A stretch of 64,000 nucleotides of DNA from positions 18,931-82,930 of IMG/VR virus record IMGVR_UViG_3300025320_000152; one strand, written 5' to 3'. A model generated the notes under the pieces. It made no database searches. It was not told the DNA's origin and saw only the letters and a list, made by a program, of their open reading frames with translations. Below are positions 8,596-17,504 of this stretch, piece by piece; position 1 is the stretch's first letter; each line of letters begins with the position of its first letter. The translations under genes were made by a program, and so were the position numbers. Source of the DNA: a virus. Taxonomy: Duplodnaviria; Caudoviricetes.

Positions 8596-9506
8596 CCGTC
8601 GCGCTGATAGAGAAGACGGTCGAGGACTGGCTACGACCGAAGTCGGACAACACCCAGCGTGGGTACCGACGTGATCTAGAGTTGTGGCTCGGATACTGCG
8701 AGCAGGCCGACGTGGATCCGCTGTCCGCCGTCCGGTCGGATGCGGAGAAGTTCCGTGCGTGGTTGGAGGAGAACGGCTGCGCGGATGCGTCGGTTGCTCG
8801 GCGCATGCGGGGCGCCTCGTCCTTCTACGCCTACGCCGTCGAGGAAAGTGTGGCGGAGCGCAACCCGTTCATCAAGGCTTCGAAACCGAAGATCGACACG
8901 ACCTTCTCCGCAACCGTGTGGCTCAGTGAGAACGAGGCCGCGCGGTTCCTTCGTGCTGCGGAGCTGCGGGTGCGCAACGAGCGCCCGGGGCGACCGGCGT
9001 ACGTGACGGCGATGCGCAACTGGGCGATGGTGTCGGTCACGCTCATCCTCGGCCTGCGCACTGACGAAGTGGCGTCGCTGACGGTTGGGGACTACACCGA
9101 GGTCGCCGAGGTCATGGGTTTGAACGTGCGGGGCAAGGGCGGCAAGCAGGTCCGTCGCACTGTGCCACCGCAGCTCGCGGAGTGCATAGACCGCTACCTG
9201 GCCGAGCGCGGTTCGCTGCGCGACGAGAACCCCCTGTTCGCCACCGCAACCGGACGGGTGGTCGACTACAAGACGCGGTACGAGATGGTCGGGGTGATCG
9301 CGCGGGACGCGCGGCTGCCCAACGCGTTGAGCATCACGCCGCACTCCCTGCGCCACACCTTCGCGACACTATCCTCCAAGGGAGGCGCGTCGACTCGGAA
9401 CATCAAGCGCGCCATGGCCCACTCCTCTGAGCGAACCACCGAGCGGTACCGGCACGACGAGATGGATGATCCGTCGGTGCTGATGGCGGATGCGCTTCTG
9501 CGCTAA
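8592..9506 (+). CDS. tyrosine recombinase/integrase (XerC/D-like)
   Basis: GLRTDE (R), GKGGK (K), PHSLRHTFAT (HxxR), AHSSERTTERY (H...Y), with an N-terminal SAM-like domain. Confidence 0.92.
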   Translation: MTVALIEKTVEDWLRPKSDNTQRGYRRDLELWLGYCEQADVDPLSAVRSDAEKFRAWLEENGCADASVARRMRGASSFYAYAVEESVAERNPFIKASKPKIDTTFSATVWLSENEAARFLRAAELRVRNERPGRPAYVTAMRNWAMVSVTLILGLRTDEVASLTVGDYTEVAEVMGLNVRGKGGKQVRRTVPPQLAECIDRYLAERGSLRDENPLFATATGRVVDYKTRYEMVGVIARDARLPNALSITPHSLRHTFATLSSKGGASTRNIKRAMAHSSERTTERYRHDEMDDPSVLMADALLR

Positions 9507-9570
9507 CACTCTGGTCGCTCCCCTGCATAGCGTGCTGATACGGACTCTATTCAGCGCATGAGGAGCGGCC

Positions 9571-9912
9571 ATGCCCATGAACGATCACTACGCCCACGCG
9601 AAGTTCACCAACGTGACGCGCGAGCTGCACATGCGGGACGGTTCGCGGATCGGCCTGGTGCGCGGGGTTTCCGAGCTCGTCTCGCAGCTGGCCGCCGACG
9701 CGGAGGCCGCGTTGACCGCGGCGGCCCAACTGGTGGACGTGGTGGAGAGCGGCGGCGAGGACGAGGAGATCTTCTCGGTGGCCGTTACCTTGGGGCGTGA
9801 CGCCGCGACGGCGGTGGCGACCGGGTACCAGGTGGCGGCGGCCCTGGACGTCCCGGATTTCGATCTCGATGTGCACTGTGTTCTGACTTCCCCCCTGAGT
9901 GCCGTGTCCTAA
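9571..9912 (+). CDS. hypothetical protein
   Basis: GAGGAG RBS; coding codon bias. Confidence 0.6.
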   Translation: MPMNDHYAHAKFTNVTRELHMRDGSRIGLVRGVSELVSQLAADAEAALTAAAQLVDVVESGGEDEEIFSVAVTLGRDAATAVATGYQVAAALDVPDFDLDVHCVLTSPLSAVS

Positions 9913-9973
9913 CATTGACGTTCGTGTTCGAACTACGCTTGGCGTGACGGCGGACGAACACGCAGGGGCGCGC

Positions 9974-10291
9974 ATGCTTGATTGGTTGGCCTCAGGCCTA
10001 AGCAGTGTCGAAGGGTTCTCCCTCGACGCGCCCATCGTTCTCGGTCCCGTCCTGACAATCGTCGCCGTCCTCCTGATGAACGAGTGGATCGTGCCCGGCC
10101 GGACACATCGCCGGGTTCTGAAGGAGAACAAGGAGCTGCGCGAGCTGATCGAGAAGATCATCCCCTTGGCGCAGAGCATGGTCGAGGCGACCGAGGCGAT
10201 GACCGCTACGGCGGAGAGGTCGGTGCGTGTCATGGAAGACGTGGTCAACGCCATGGGCGGCGCGCGTCCGGTCTACAGGGCAGCGCGGTGA
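9974..10291 (+). CDS. membrane protein with C-terminal coiled coil
   Basis: TM segment PIVLGPVLTIVAVLL followed by a coiled coil; AGGGG RBS. Confidence 0.65.
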   Translation: MLDWLASGLSSVEGFSLDAPIVLGPVLTIVAVLLMNEWIVPGRTHRRVLKENKELRELIEKIIPLAQSMVEATEAMTATAERSVRVMEDVVNAMGGARPVYRAAR

Positions 10292-10481
10292 GCCGGCGAA
10301 GCGGCTTCCAGCCGCACACCGAGGTCAACGAGCACCGGACCGAGATGGATGAGCTGTGCGCGCGCATGCGATCGGCCGCCGCGCAGATGCGCGCGCACAG
10401 CGCCGGATCCGCCGAGGTCGAGGACCGCAACCGGCGTCTGGCCCTCGCTGAGGGCGCAGCCTTGCAGGAGGAGATGAAGTC

Positions 10482-10664
10482 ATGGCCGCACGCGAGCCGA
10501 AGCCCGAGGAGTCCAAGAGCGAATGTGACAACCACGCCGGCGTAGATGCCGTGTTCGTGAGCGACGGCGGCGGGAAGCACCAGCCCATCCGCCTGTGCAA
10601 GCCGTGCCTGGCCAGGATGGAGCGGGCCCAGGTGCCCAGGCGCGGGGGCATCCGCGTTGGCTAG
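10482..10664 (+). CDS. small Cys-containing hypothetical protein
   Basis: CDNH...CKPC; overlaps the next start. Confidence 0.5.
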   Translation: MAAREPKPEESKSECDNHAGVDAVFVSDGGGKHQPIRLCKPCLARMERAQVPRRGGIRVG

Positions 10665-11427
10665 GAAGCGCAAGCCTCAGAGCGGTATGGCGTCCGACGC
10701 GTTGCGGCGGGCGCGCGAGAGCTTGGAGCGGGTGAACTCCGTGGCGCCGGCCGCGCCGCCGAGCGGTGCGTGGGAGCGGCAGGCCACGGGGCAGGGTACG
10801 TGGGGCCGTCCTGGTGCGGAGCGCAGGACCCGGGAGTATCCGGTGTCCGAGCAGCAGCGGATGGTCGAGGCCTACCGTCGGCGTGATCAAGCCAACCGCA
10901 AGCCGTCGGTCGGGCGTGCGGTGGACGCGTACACCAGCGGGGAGTCGCTCAGCGAGCTGCTGCCGGTGGACCTCGGCGTCTCGCCGCACACGATCAACCC
11001 GACCAGGCCGCGGTGCGACCGGGGCGGCTACGACTCGCGGGCGCAGACGGTGCGGGTCACGTTCCCGCGCTCGGGTGCGATGTACGAGTACTACGAGGTC
11101 CCGCCGAACGTGTGGCGCCAGCTGGTGCGCGCCCGCTCGGCGGGCCGGTACATCGATCGGGTCTTGGACACCTACCCCTATGCGCGGGTGACGGGCCCCG
11201 GTGCCGGCGACTCGTCGTACGGGTACTTCTCGGAGAACTCTCCGCAGTACGCGAGGCCTGCGAGCAACCCCGGAGCGGGCTTGGGTGCGCTGTTCGGGCC
11301 GCAGTTCGGCGGGGCGTCCGAGCCGTTCGTCGCGGATGACGACGACTCGTGGACCGGGTACGAAGGCGACACACCGGACTACGGGTACGACGACTACACG
11401 GATGAGGGGCCGGGGTGGGCGCAGTGA
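10657..11427 (+). CDS. KTSC domain protein
   Basis: YDSRAQTVRVTFPRSGAMYEYYEVPPNVWRQLVRARSAGRYI is KTSC-like. Confidence 0.75.
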   Translation: MARKRKPQSGMASDALRRARESLERVNSVAPAAPPSGAWERQATGQGTWGRPGAERRTREYPVSEQQRMVEAYRRRDQANRKPSVGRAVDAYTSGESLSELLPVDLGVSPHTINPTRPRCDRGGYDSRAQTVRVTFPRSGAMYEYYEVPPNVWRQLVRARSAGRYIDRVLDTYPYARVTGPGAGDSSYGYFSENSPQYARPASNPGAGLGALFGPQFGGASEPFVADDDDSWTGYEGDTPDYGYDDYTDEGPGWAQ

Positions 11428-11741
11428 TGCCCGTGTTCATCGCCGTGACCAGGACGCTGCCAGCGTTCCCGCGCTACTACCGTACGTGGCGCCAGGAGTT
11501 GGACCCGCCGTTCCGGCGCTGTGACAGCGCCTACGTGCTGCGGCTGCCGTGGCTGCACTGGGCGCTGGTGGCCGGGCGTTGGCACTCGCGCGCCCGGGAT
11601 GTGGACGCGGCGATCGAGGGCCTCGGGGTCACGATGATGGCGATCGATGACCTTGAGCAGGATGCGCGCGAGAGGGTACTGAACCACCGGGCTTATACGG
11701 AGGCTGAGAGTGAAGCTGAGACGGTCGAAGCCGCACGTTGA
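11427..11741 (+). CDS. hypothetical protein
   Basis: TGATG coupling with the upstream gene. Confidence 0.6.
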   Translation: MPVFIAVTRTLPAFPRYYRTWRQELDPPFRRCDSAYVLRLPWLHWALVAGRWHSRARDVDAAIEGLGVTMMAIDDLEQDARERVLNHRAYTEAESEAETVEAAR

Positions 11742-11973
11742 CGGCAAGGTCGCGCAGCGTATCGCGAGCCTGGACCGGATCATGCTGCTGGACCAGGCGG
11801 ACGTCTACGGGTCGATCATCGCGGGGAAGCTGTATGCGCTGCGCATGTTCCGGGGTGCGGCGCTGGACGAGCTCGCCGAGGCGGAGCAGGCCTACCTGGT
11901 GCTGGGGGCGATCTTGGCGGAGGCGCGCGTACGTGAGGAAGCCAAGGCCGAGCTGCACCGGAAGATGTCCTAG
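11710..11973 (+). CDS. hypothetical helical protein
   Basis: ORF continuity and codon bias. Confidence 0.55.
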   Translation: MKLRRSKPHVDGKVAQRIASLDRIMLLDQADVYGSIIAGKLYALRMFRGAALDELAEAEQAYLVLGAILAEARVREEAKAELHRKMS

Positions 11974-12212
11974 TTGAAGTTCACCGCGTAGATCACGAAC
12001 GCGATGAACCCGAGGACGACCAGGAGCACGATCCACGCGGTGATGTGCGGGTGGCTCTGGTTGCCCTTGCGCAGCGCGTAGTACACGCCGGCGCCGACGG
12101 CTGCGCCGGCGATGTCGTGCTCCAGGGCGCGCTTGGTCGTGTGGCCGGCGACGACCTGATCGAAGCCACCGTGGTCCATGGAGCCCGGTCCGCCCGGCAT
12201 CTGGTCGCTCAT
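11970..12212 (-). CDS. small membrane protein
   Basis: GGAGGAAG RBS; C-terminal TM segment WIVLLVVLGFIAFVIYAV. Confidence 0.65.
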   Translation of the reverse strand: MSDQMPGGPGSMDHGGFDQVVAGHTTKRALEHDIAGAAVGAGVYYALRKGNQSHPHITAWIVLLVVLGFIAFVIYAVNFN

Positions 12213-12247
12213 GACTTCCTCCCCTTCCGTTGGGACAGGCAAGAATA

Positions 12248-12502
12248 TCAGAACCCGTCGATGATCCGTTTCGCGACGTCAACGCCGAGGCCGTACTTCT
12301 CGGCGATCTCCGTGTAGGTCATGCCGCCGCCGTAGTACTCCTCGCAGAGCCAGCTGTCGCGCTGCTCGTTCTTGCGCACGCGCTTCGGCGTGGTGGCGCA
12401 CGGTGTGCCGCAGGCGACGGCAACCGGCCTGGTGCCGAGGGCGATCGGGTCGTCGCAGGCGCGGCAGCACAGGACCATGACCGGTCCCTTGTTCTCGTTC
12501 AC
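12248..12502 (-). CDS. Zn-finger plus HTH DNA-binding protein
   Basis: CCRAC...CGTPC then MTYTEIAEKYGLGVDVAKRII HTH. Confidence 0.65.
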   Translation of the reverse strand: MNENKGPVMVLCCRACDDPIALGTRPVAVACGTPCATTPKRVRKNEQRDSWLCEEYYGGGMTYTEIAEKYGLGVDVAKRIIDGF

Positions 12503-12750
12503 GCCAGGCCCTGTTGGCGTGCGATGCCGGCGAGCTCGCCGAGGTTGAACGGCGTGATGTAGACGCTGCGCGTGGCGGCGGCCTTGGGCTCGCCCTTGGG
12601 GGAGGTGTCCTCGACGATCGTGCGCAGGTCGTAGACGACGGTGCCGTTGGTGCGGTGCACCTTATATACGTCGACGCGGTAGCCGGGCGCCTTCTCGGCG
12701 AGCGAGGCGATGAATTCTTCGTCCGGGTGCAGGTCGTCCATGCCGCTCAT
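12499..12750 (-). CDS. PC4/p15-like ssDNA-binding protein (tentative)
   Basis: YRVDVYKV...VYDLRT...SVYITPFNLGEL pattern. Confidence 0.45.
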   Translation of the reverse strand: MSGMDDLHPDEEFIASLAEKAPGYRVDVYKVHRTNGTVVYDLRTIVEDTSPKGEPKAAATRSVYITPFNLGELAGIARQQGLA

Positions 12751-12777
12751 GATAGCGGGCTAACACCCCCGCAGCCG

Positions 12778-12810
12778 GTCAACCTACGTTTGTTATATCC
12801 GTAGGTTGAC
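12778..12810. promoter_or_regulatory. 11-bp inverted repeat at the divergent promoter before terminase
   Basis: GTCAACCTACG-N11-CGTAGGTTGAC. Confidence 0.6.
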
Positions 12811-12815
12811 AAGGG

Positions 12816-14405
12816 GTGGCGATGGCGGCGACGGCGCACGAGGAACTCGCCGAGGGCTTCATCGAGGCGTTCGACGACGAGACGGCGGCCGAGGCCGAGG
12901 CCCGTGTCGCGAGCGAGGTCGAGCTCGACCCCCTCAGCCAGAACTTCGTGGACGACCTGGTCGACCGGCTGCTGATCCTGACCGACGAGGTCTCCGGACA
13001 TCCGCTGCGCGAGTACCAGACGCCCTTCGCCAGGCGCTTCATCGAGTCCGTGATCATCGGCGACGGTGACACGATCACGGCACTCTTCTCGCGGCAGTCC
13101 GGCAAGTCGGAGACGGTGTCGGATGTCGTCGCCACCCTCATGATCTTCCTGCCGGTGCTCGCGCAACGCTATCCCGACCTGCTCGGCAAATTCAATGAGG
13201 GCGTGTGGGTCGGCGCGTTCGCACCTGTGGACGAGCAGGCCGACACTCTCTACGGCCGCATCGTCGCGCGGTTGACCTCGGAGCGGGCCGAGGAGATCCT
13301 CGCGGACCCGGAGATCAACGACCGGCTCGTGGGACGCGGCCGGGAGGTGAAGCTCAAGCGGCTCGGGTCGCTGGTCAGGAAGACGACCGCACATCCCCGG
13401 GCCAAAATCGAGGGCAGGACGTACCACATCATCTTGCTCGACGAGGCTCAGGATGCTGACGAGAAGGTCGTCAACAAGAGCATCTCGCCGATGGGCGCCT
13501 CCACCAACGCGACCAGCGTCTGGACCGGCACACCGACGTATGTCAAGGGCGTGTTTTACCGGCAAATTCAGGCGAACAAGCGGCGGGCGAACCGGCGCGG
13601 TGCGCGCATCAGCCACTACGAGGCTGACTGGCGGCGGGTGGCGAAGTCGAATGCCAACTACCGTAAATTCGTCAGCAAAGAGATGCTCAGGATCGGCGAG
13701 GACTCGGACGAGTTCAAGTTGTCCTACAGGTTGATGTGGTTGCTGGACCAGGGCATGCTCACCACGTCCGAGCGCATGGATCAGCTCGCCGACCCGTCCA
13801 TGCAGGTCGTTCACGCCTACCACCGCTCCCCCGTCCTTGTCGGCATCGACCCGGCGCGCAAGCAGGACTCCACGGTCGTGACGGTCTGCTGGGTGAATTG
13901 GCAATATCCTGATGAGTTCGGCCAGTACGAACACAGGGTATTGTCATGGCTTGACCTGGGGGGACTCGGGTGGGAAGAACAGTATTTCCGGATCGTCGAG
14001 TTCCTGGCCAACTACAACGTCATGGCGATCGGCATCGACTCCGGCGGGGTCGGCGACGTCGTCGCATCGCGCCTGCGTGTGCTGATGCCGGGTGTGGAGA
14101 TCATCGACATGAAGTCGGACCGAACGTCTCAGTCGGGCCGGTGGAAGCACCTGCTCGCGCTGATGAACTCGGGCATGCTGACCTGGCCGGGGCACAGCAA
14201 GGCCAAGCGGCTCAAGACGTACCGCCGGTTCAGGACCCAGATGGAAGACGCCGAGCTGCGCTACGAGGGCCCCCATGTGATCGTCGCGGCTCCGCGCGCG
14301 GCGGATGCGCATGATGACTACGTGGACTCGCTCGCCAACGCGCTCGCCCTGACCAAGGACATGGGCATGCCGGAGGTCGAGGTCAGCAACAGCGTCTTCT
14401 ACTAG
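12816..14405 (+). CDS. terL: terminase large subunit
   Basis: Walker A SRQSGKS, Walker B IILLDEAQD, RNase H-like VGIDPARKQD and DDYVDS. Confidence 0.93.
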   Translation: MAMAATAHEELAEGFIEAFDDETAAEAEARVASEVELDPLSQNFVDDLVDRLLILTDEVSGHPLREYQTPFARRFIESVIIGDGDTITALFSRQSGKSETVSDVVATLMIFLPVLAQRYPDLLGKFNEGVWVGAFAPVDEQADTLYGRIVARLTSERAEEILADPEINDRLVGRGREVKLKRLGSLVRKTTAHPRAKIEGRTYHIILLDEAQDADEKVVNKSISPMGASTNATSVWTGTPTYVKGVFYRQIQANKRRANRRGARISHYEADWRRVAKSNANYRKFVSKEMLRIGEDSDEFKLSYRLMWLLDQGMLTTSERMDQLADPSMQVVHAYHRSPVLVGIDPARKQDSTVVTVCWVNWQYPDEFGQYEHRVLSWLDLGGLGWEEQYFRIVEFLANYNVMAIGIDSGGVGDVVASRLRVLMPGVEIIDMKSDRTSQSGRWKHLLALMNSGMLTWPGHSKAKRLKTYRRFRTQMEDAELRYEGPHVIVAAPRAADAHDDYVDSLANALALTKDMGMPEVEVSNSVFY

Positions 14406-14500
14406 AGGCGCTACTAGCCGGACCGGCCCGGCGGATATCCTGGCATTGACTTGTTAGCGGATCGGACCCCACTCGGTGCAGTGTGCTGGAAGGCACCGAC

Positions 14501-14911
14501 ATGGCTGTTCCCCTGCTCAACTCCCCCTCGCACGTCGACGGGCTCTACACCGCGTACGGGACGGGCTTCGGACTCCAGCTCGTCAACGCGTACACCATCA
14601 CGGCCACCGACAACACCGGGATTTTCTCCTTCCCGTACGTCAGCGCGCTCGGCAAGATCCGCCTCATCGTCAGCGTCACCGCGATCTCCGGGGCATCGGC
14701 GTCGCTGACCGTGGCCTACCAGGAGTCGGTGGACGGCGTCACGCTCAACCCCACCCCGGCCCTGACGACCTCGGCGCTGACCGCGACCGGCGAGACGTGG
14801 GTAGCGGCGGCCACTGGCCCGATCTACAACACCGGCGAGCTCGTGTGCACCGTCGCCGGCACCACCCCGTCGGTGACCTTCTCCGCGTGGCTGGCGGTGT
14901 GGAACAAGTGA
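14501..14911 (+). CDS. beta-rich hypothetical (possibly virion) protein
   Basis: Thr/Ala-rich with GC-rich third positions; GAAGG RBS. Confidence 0.65.
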   Translation: MAVPLLNSPSHVDGLYTAYGTGFGLQLVNAYTITATDNTGIFSFPYVSALGKIRLIVSVTAISGASASLTVAYQESVDGVTLNPTPALTTSALTATGETWVAAATGPIYNTGELVCTVAGTTPSVTFSAWLAVWNK

Positions 14912-15378
14912 CCAAGGCGCGCCGCCACGACGCGGTCGCAGCCCACGAGCAGAGCGAGACCATCCATCTGCTCACCCACGTGCCGAACCACGTCCGGCGC
15001 GAGGACGACCCGCACTATCACCTGTTCGAGCAGGCCAAGGCGCGGCTCAAGCGGCAGGGGCTGTGGAAGTGCCTGATCGACGACGACCTGTGCGACGGCG
15101 AGCCGGAACTGCACCACACCTTCATCGAGTTCTCCCAGATCAACGCGGTCGACTCGGACAAGGTCGCCAAGGGCCTCGGGTTGCACTTCGAGGACGACGA
15201 GGAGTTCCAGGCGTGGGTGGAATCTCCGGCGAACCTGGAGGTGCTCTGCCGCAACCACCACATCAGCCACTTGGGTATCCATCACATCCCGGGGCCGCTC
15301 TGGGAGGCGATCAGGTTCCACAAGGCAGGCACCGCGCCGGCCGCTGAGGTCAAGACGGCGGCAGAGGTCGGGGAATGA
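14908..15378 (+). CDS. HNH-type endonuclease-like protein
   Basis: WKCLIDDDLC...ELHHTF...NLEVLCRNHH; GTGA overlap; lies near terminase. Confidence 0.7.
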   Translation: MTKARRHDAVAAHEQSETIHLLTHVPNHVRREDDPHYHLFEQAKARLKRQGLWKCLIDDDLCDGEPELHHTFIEFSQINAVDSDKVAKGLGLHFEDDEEFQAWVESPANLEVLCRNHHISHLGIHHIPGPLWEAIRFHKAGTAPAAEVKTAAEVGE

Positions 15379-15875
15379 GCGCCAGCGGCCAGCGGCATCC
15401 GGGCTGGCGGCGGCACCCCGGCGTGCGCACGGAAGGGCAGCTGACCCGCGGTGAGCGCGCGGCGGACCGGATGCGCAACTCGATGGGCAGCTGGGCGTTC
15501 GTGTTCGGGGCGCTCGGGTTCCTCGCGGTGTGGATGGGGTTCAACCGGCACAGCGGATTCGATCCATACCCGTTTATCCTGCTGAACTTGCTGCTGTCCT
15601 GCGTTGCGGCGCTCCAGGGCGCGATCCTGCTGATCGCCGCCAAGCGAAGTGACCAGGTCTCCAGCGAGCTGGCGCAGCACGACTACGAGGCGGACGTGGC
15701 GAGCCGGGAGCTGCTGACCATCTTGCAGGCCGATTTCGCCACCCTCGCCATCCGGCACGCCGAGCTCACGGCGCAGCACGCCGAGCAGACCGCGCTGATC
15801 GCGCAACTGCTCGCGCTCGCGGGCCCCCAGGAAGCGGACCCGACCGGCACCAGCGCGGGAGAGCTCAGCTCATGA
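15375..15875 (+). CDS. DUF1003-type membrane protein
   Basis: MGSWAFVF...FDPYPFILLNLLLSCVAALQGAILL signature. Confidence 0.8.
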   Translation: MSASGQRHPGWRRHPGVRTEGQLTRGERAADRMRNSMGSWAFVFGALGFLAVWMGFNRHSGFDPYPFILLNLLLSCVAALQGAILLIAAKRSDQVSSELAQHDYEADVASRELLTILQADFATLAIRHAELTAQHAEQTALIAQLLALAGPQEADPTGTSAGELSS

Positions 15876-16180
15876 GCACGAAGACGGTGTACGTGTCCAT
15901 CGGCAACTCGGACAACAAGCTGCCACAAGCCGAGTGGTACTACTTCGCCTGCGAGGTGAAGATCGTCGCCGAGATGTACTCGCGGGCGTGGCACGGCACG
16001 TGGAGCTCGGAGACTCTGAGCGCGTATCAGAACGCGGTGTTCTGCTTCGAGGTGCACCCGGCGCACGTCGAGACGGCCAAGGACCGGCTGCGCGAGCTCG
16101 CGACGCGCTACGGGCAGGACTCGATCGCGTGGGCCGAGGCTGAGACGGAGTTCCTCGTGCCGCTGCCCGGCTTGACATAG
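15872..16180 (+). CDS. hypothetical protein
   Basis: ATGA coupling; coding bias. Confidence 0.7.
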   Translation: MSTKTVYVSIGNSDNKLPQAEWYYFACEVKIVAEMYSRAWHGTWSSETLSAYQNAVFCFEVHPAHVETAKDRLRELATRYGQDSIAWAEAETEFLVPLPGLT

Positions 16181-16254
16181 TATCAATAGCACGAGATAAC
16201 ACTTCTTCCATCACTGGGATCACACTCGGAGTAGATCGACCGAGGAGGTCACCG

Positions 16255-16647
16255 ATGGGTCTGTCTCCCAGCCCGCAGTTCCCGGAGCGCTCGCCCCAGC
16301 AGTACGAGGCCGTTCAGACCTCGAACCCCGAGCGGCGCGGCATCCTGCGCTTCGAAGAGGGAATCAGCACCGATACATCCGTGCCCGACGACTTCGTGTT
16401 CGGAGCCATGCAGGGCTACCGCACGCCCGCAGGTAGGCCCAACCACAACCTCAACGTCTACGAGAAGCCGGCCGAGCAGACGATGAAGGAGCGCGCCCAC
16501 CTGGGCAGCGCCGCGTGGCCGGACGCCCCGTCCTTCGTGGGTGAGTTCCGGCACGGCACCACCCCCATCGCGGAGCAGCGCTACGAGCAGGTCACCCGGG
16601 ACGGTCGCCACCAGGACCGCAAGAACGCCGAAGTCATCTCGGACTGA
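16255..16647 (+). CDS. conserved phage hypothetical protein
   Basis: GAGGAGG RBS; MGLSPSPQFPER...LRFEEG resembles pre-portal proteins recalled from actinobacterial myoviruses. Confidence 0.7.
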   Translation: MGLSPSPQFPERSPQQYEAVQTSNPERRGILRFEEGISTDTSVPDDFVFGAMQGYRTPAGRPNHNLNVYEKPAEQTMKERAHLGSAAWPDAPSFVGEFRHGTTPIAEQRYEQVTRDGRHQDRKNAEVISD

Positions 16648-16658
16648 GGGGGCACTCC

Positions 16659-17483
16659 ATGGGCAGCAAGGGCGGAGCCAAGAAGCCGCCGGCGGACGAC
16701 CCGTTCGAGCGGGAGATGCAGGGGCGCGCCAAGAAGGCAGAGGGCGACGCCGACCTCGCGCACGAGAAGGCGCGCTCGCTGCGGCTGGCCAACAACGAGC
16801 GGGAGTCGCGCCCCGGCGGCGCCGACTCGGAGTCGGCGGCCAAGGTCGGTGTGCACCACGCGCAGGCTGCGGTGCACGCCGCGCGTGCTCGGGTGTTCGA
16901 CGAGCAGGCCGAGGCGGTGCGCTCCAAACGTGTGAACGACAGCGCCGCGTATGTGGGCAACCAGGACCGGATGCGGCGCACAGCGGATAACGCCGACGCG
17001 AAGTCGCAGGCCGAGGTCGCGCACTCCCACGCTCGCGCTTCGCTGACGCACGAGCAGGCGAAGTCGACGGCGTGGAAGCGGGAGAACGAGCACGAGGCGC
17101 ACGTCTCCGCGCAGGACCGATTGGGACGAACGCAGAGCAACGCGGATGCCAAGTCCCAGGCGGATGTGGCACACACCCACGCCCGTACCGCGCATACCCA
17201 GGCACAGGCGACCAAGACGCAGGCGGAGACCGCAGCGGTGCGGTACCGCACCTCTTCGGCCGCGCGCGACGAGCCGTTCAAGCGCGAGTCCGAGGCGCGG
17301 GCGCGCACGGTGTGGGGCCAGCAGGACGAGGACCGGGCGCGGCGCAACGCGCACTTCGAGGCTCGGGCCCACAGGGAGAACGTCCACAGCACGATCGCGG
17401 CCGTGCGCGGCGTGCTGGGCGCGTTCGGCGGCGGCAACGGAGAGCTGCGGTCGGGACTGCGCGGCCAGATCCGCGGCCAGTGA
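16659..17483 (+). CDS. charged helical protein with an internal repeat
   Basis: NADAKSQAEVAHSHAR / NADAKSQADVAHTHAR. Confidence 0.7.
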   Translation: MGSKGGAKKPPADDPFEREMQGRAKKAEGDADLAHEKARSLRLANNERESRPGGADSESAAKVGVHHAQAAVHAARARVFDEQAEAVRSKRVNDSAAYVGNQDRMRRTADNADAKSQAEVAHSHARASLTHEQAKSTAWKRENEHEAHVSAQDRLGRTQSNADAKSQADVAHTHARTAHTQAQATKTQAETAAVRYRTSSAARDEPFKRESEARARTVWGQQDEDRARRNAHFEARAHRENVHSTIAAVRGVLGAFGGGNGELRSGLRGQIRGQ

Positions 17484-17504
17484 CAACCGGGATCGGGTGC
17501 TGAT

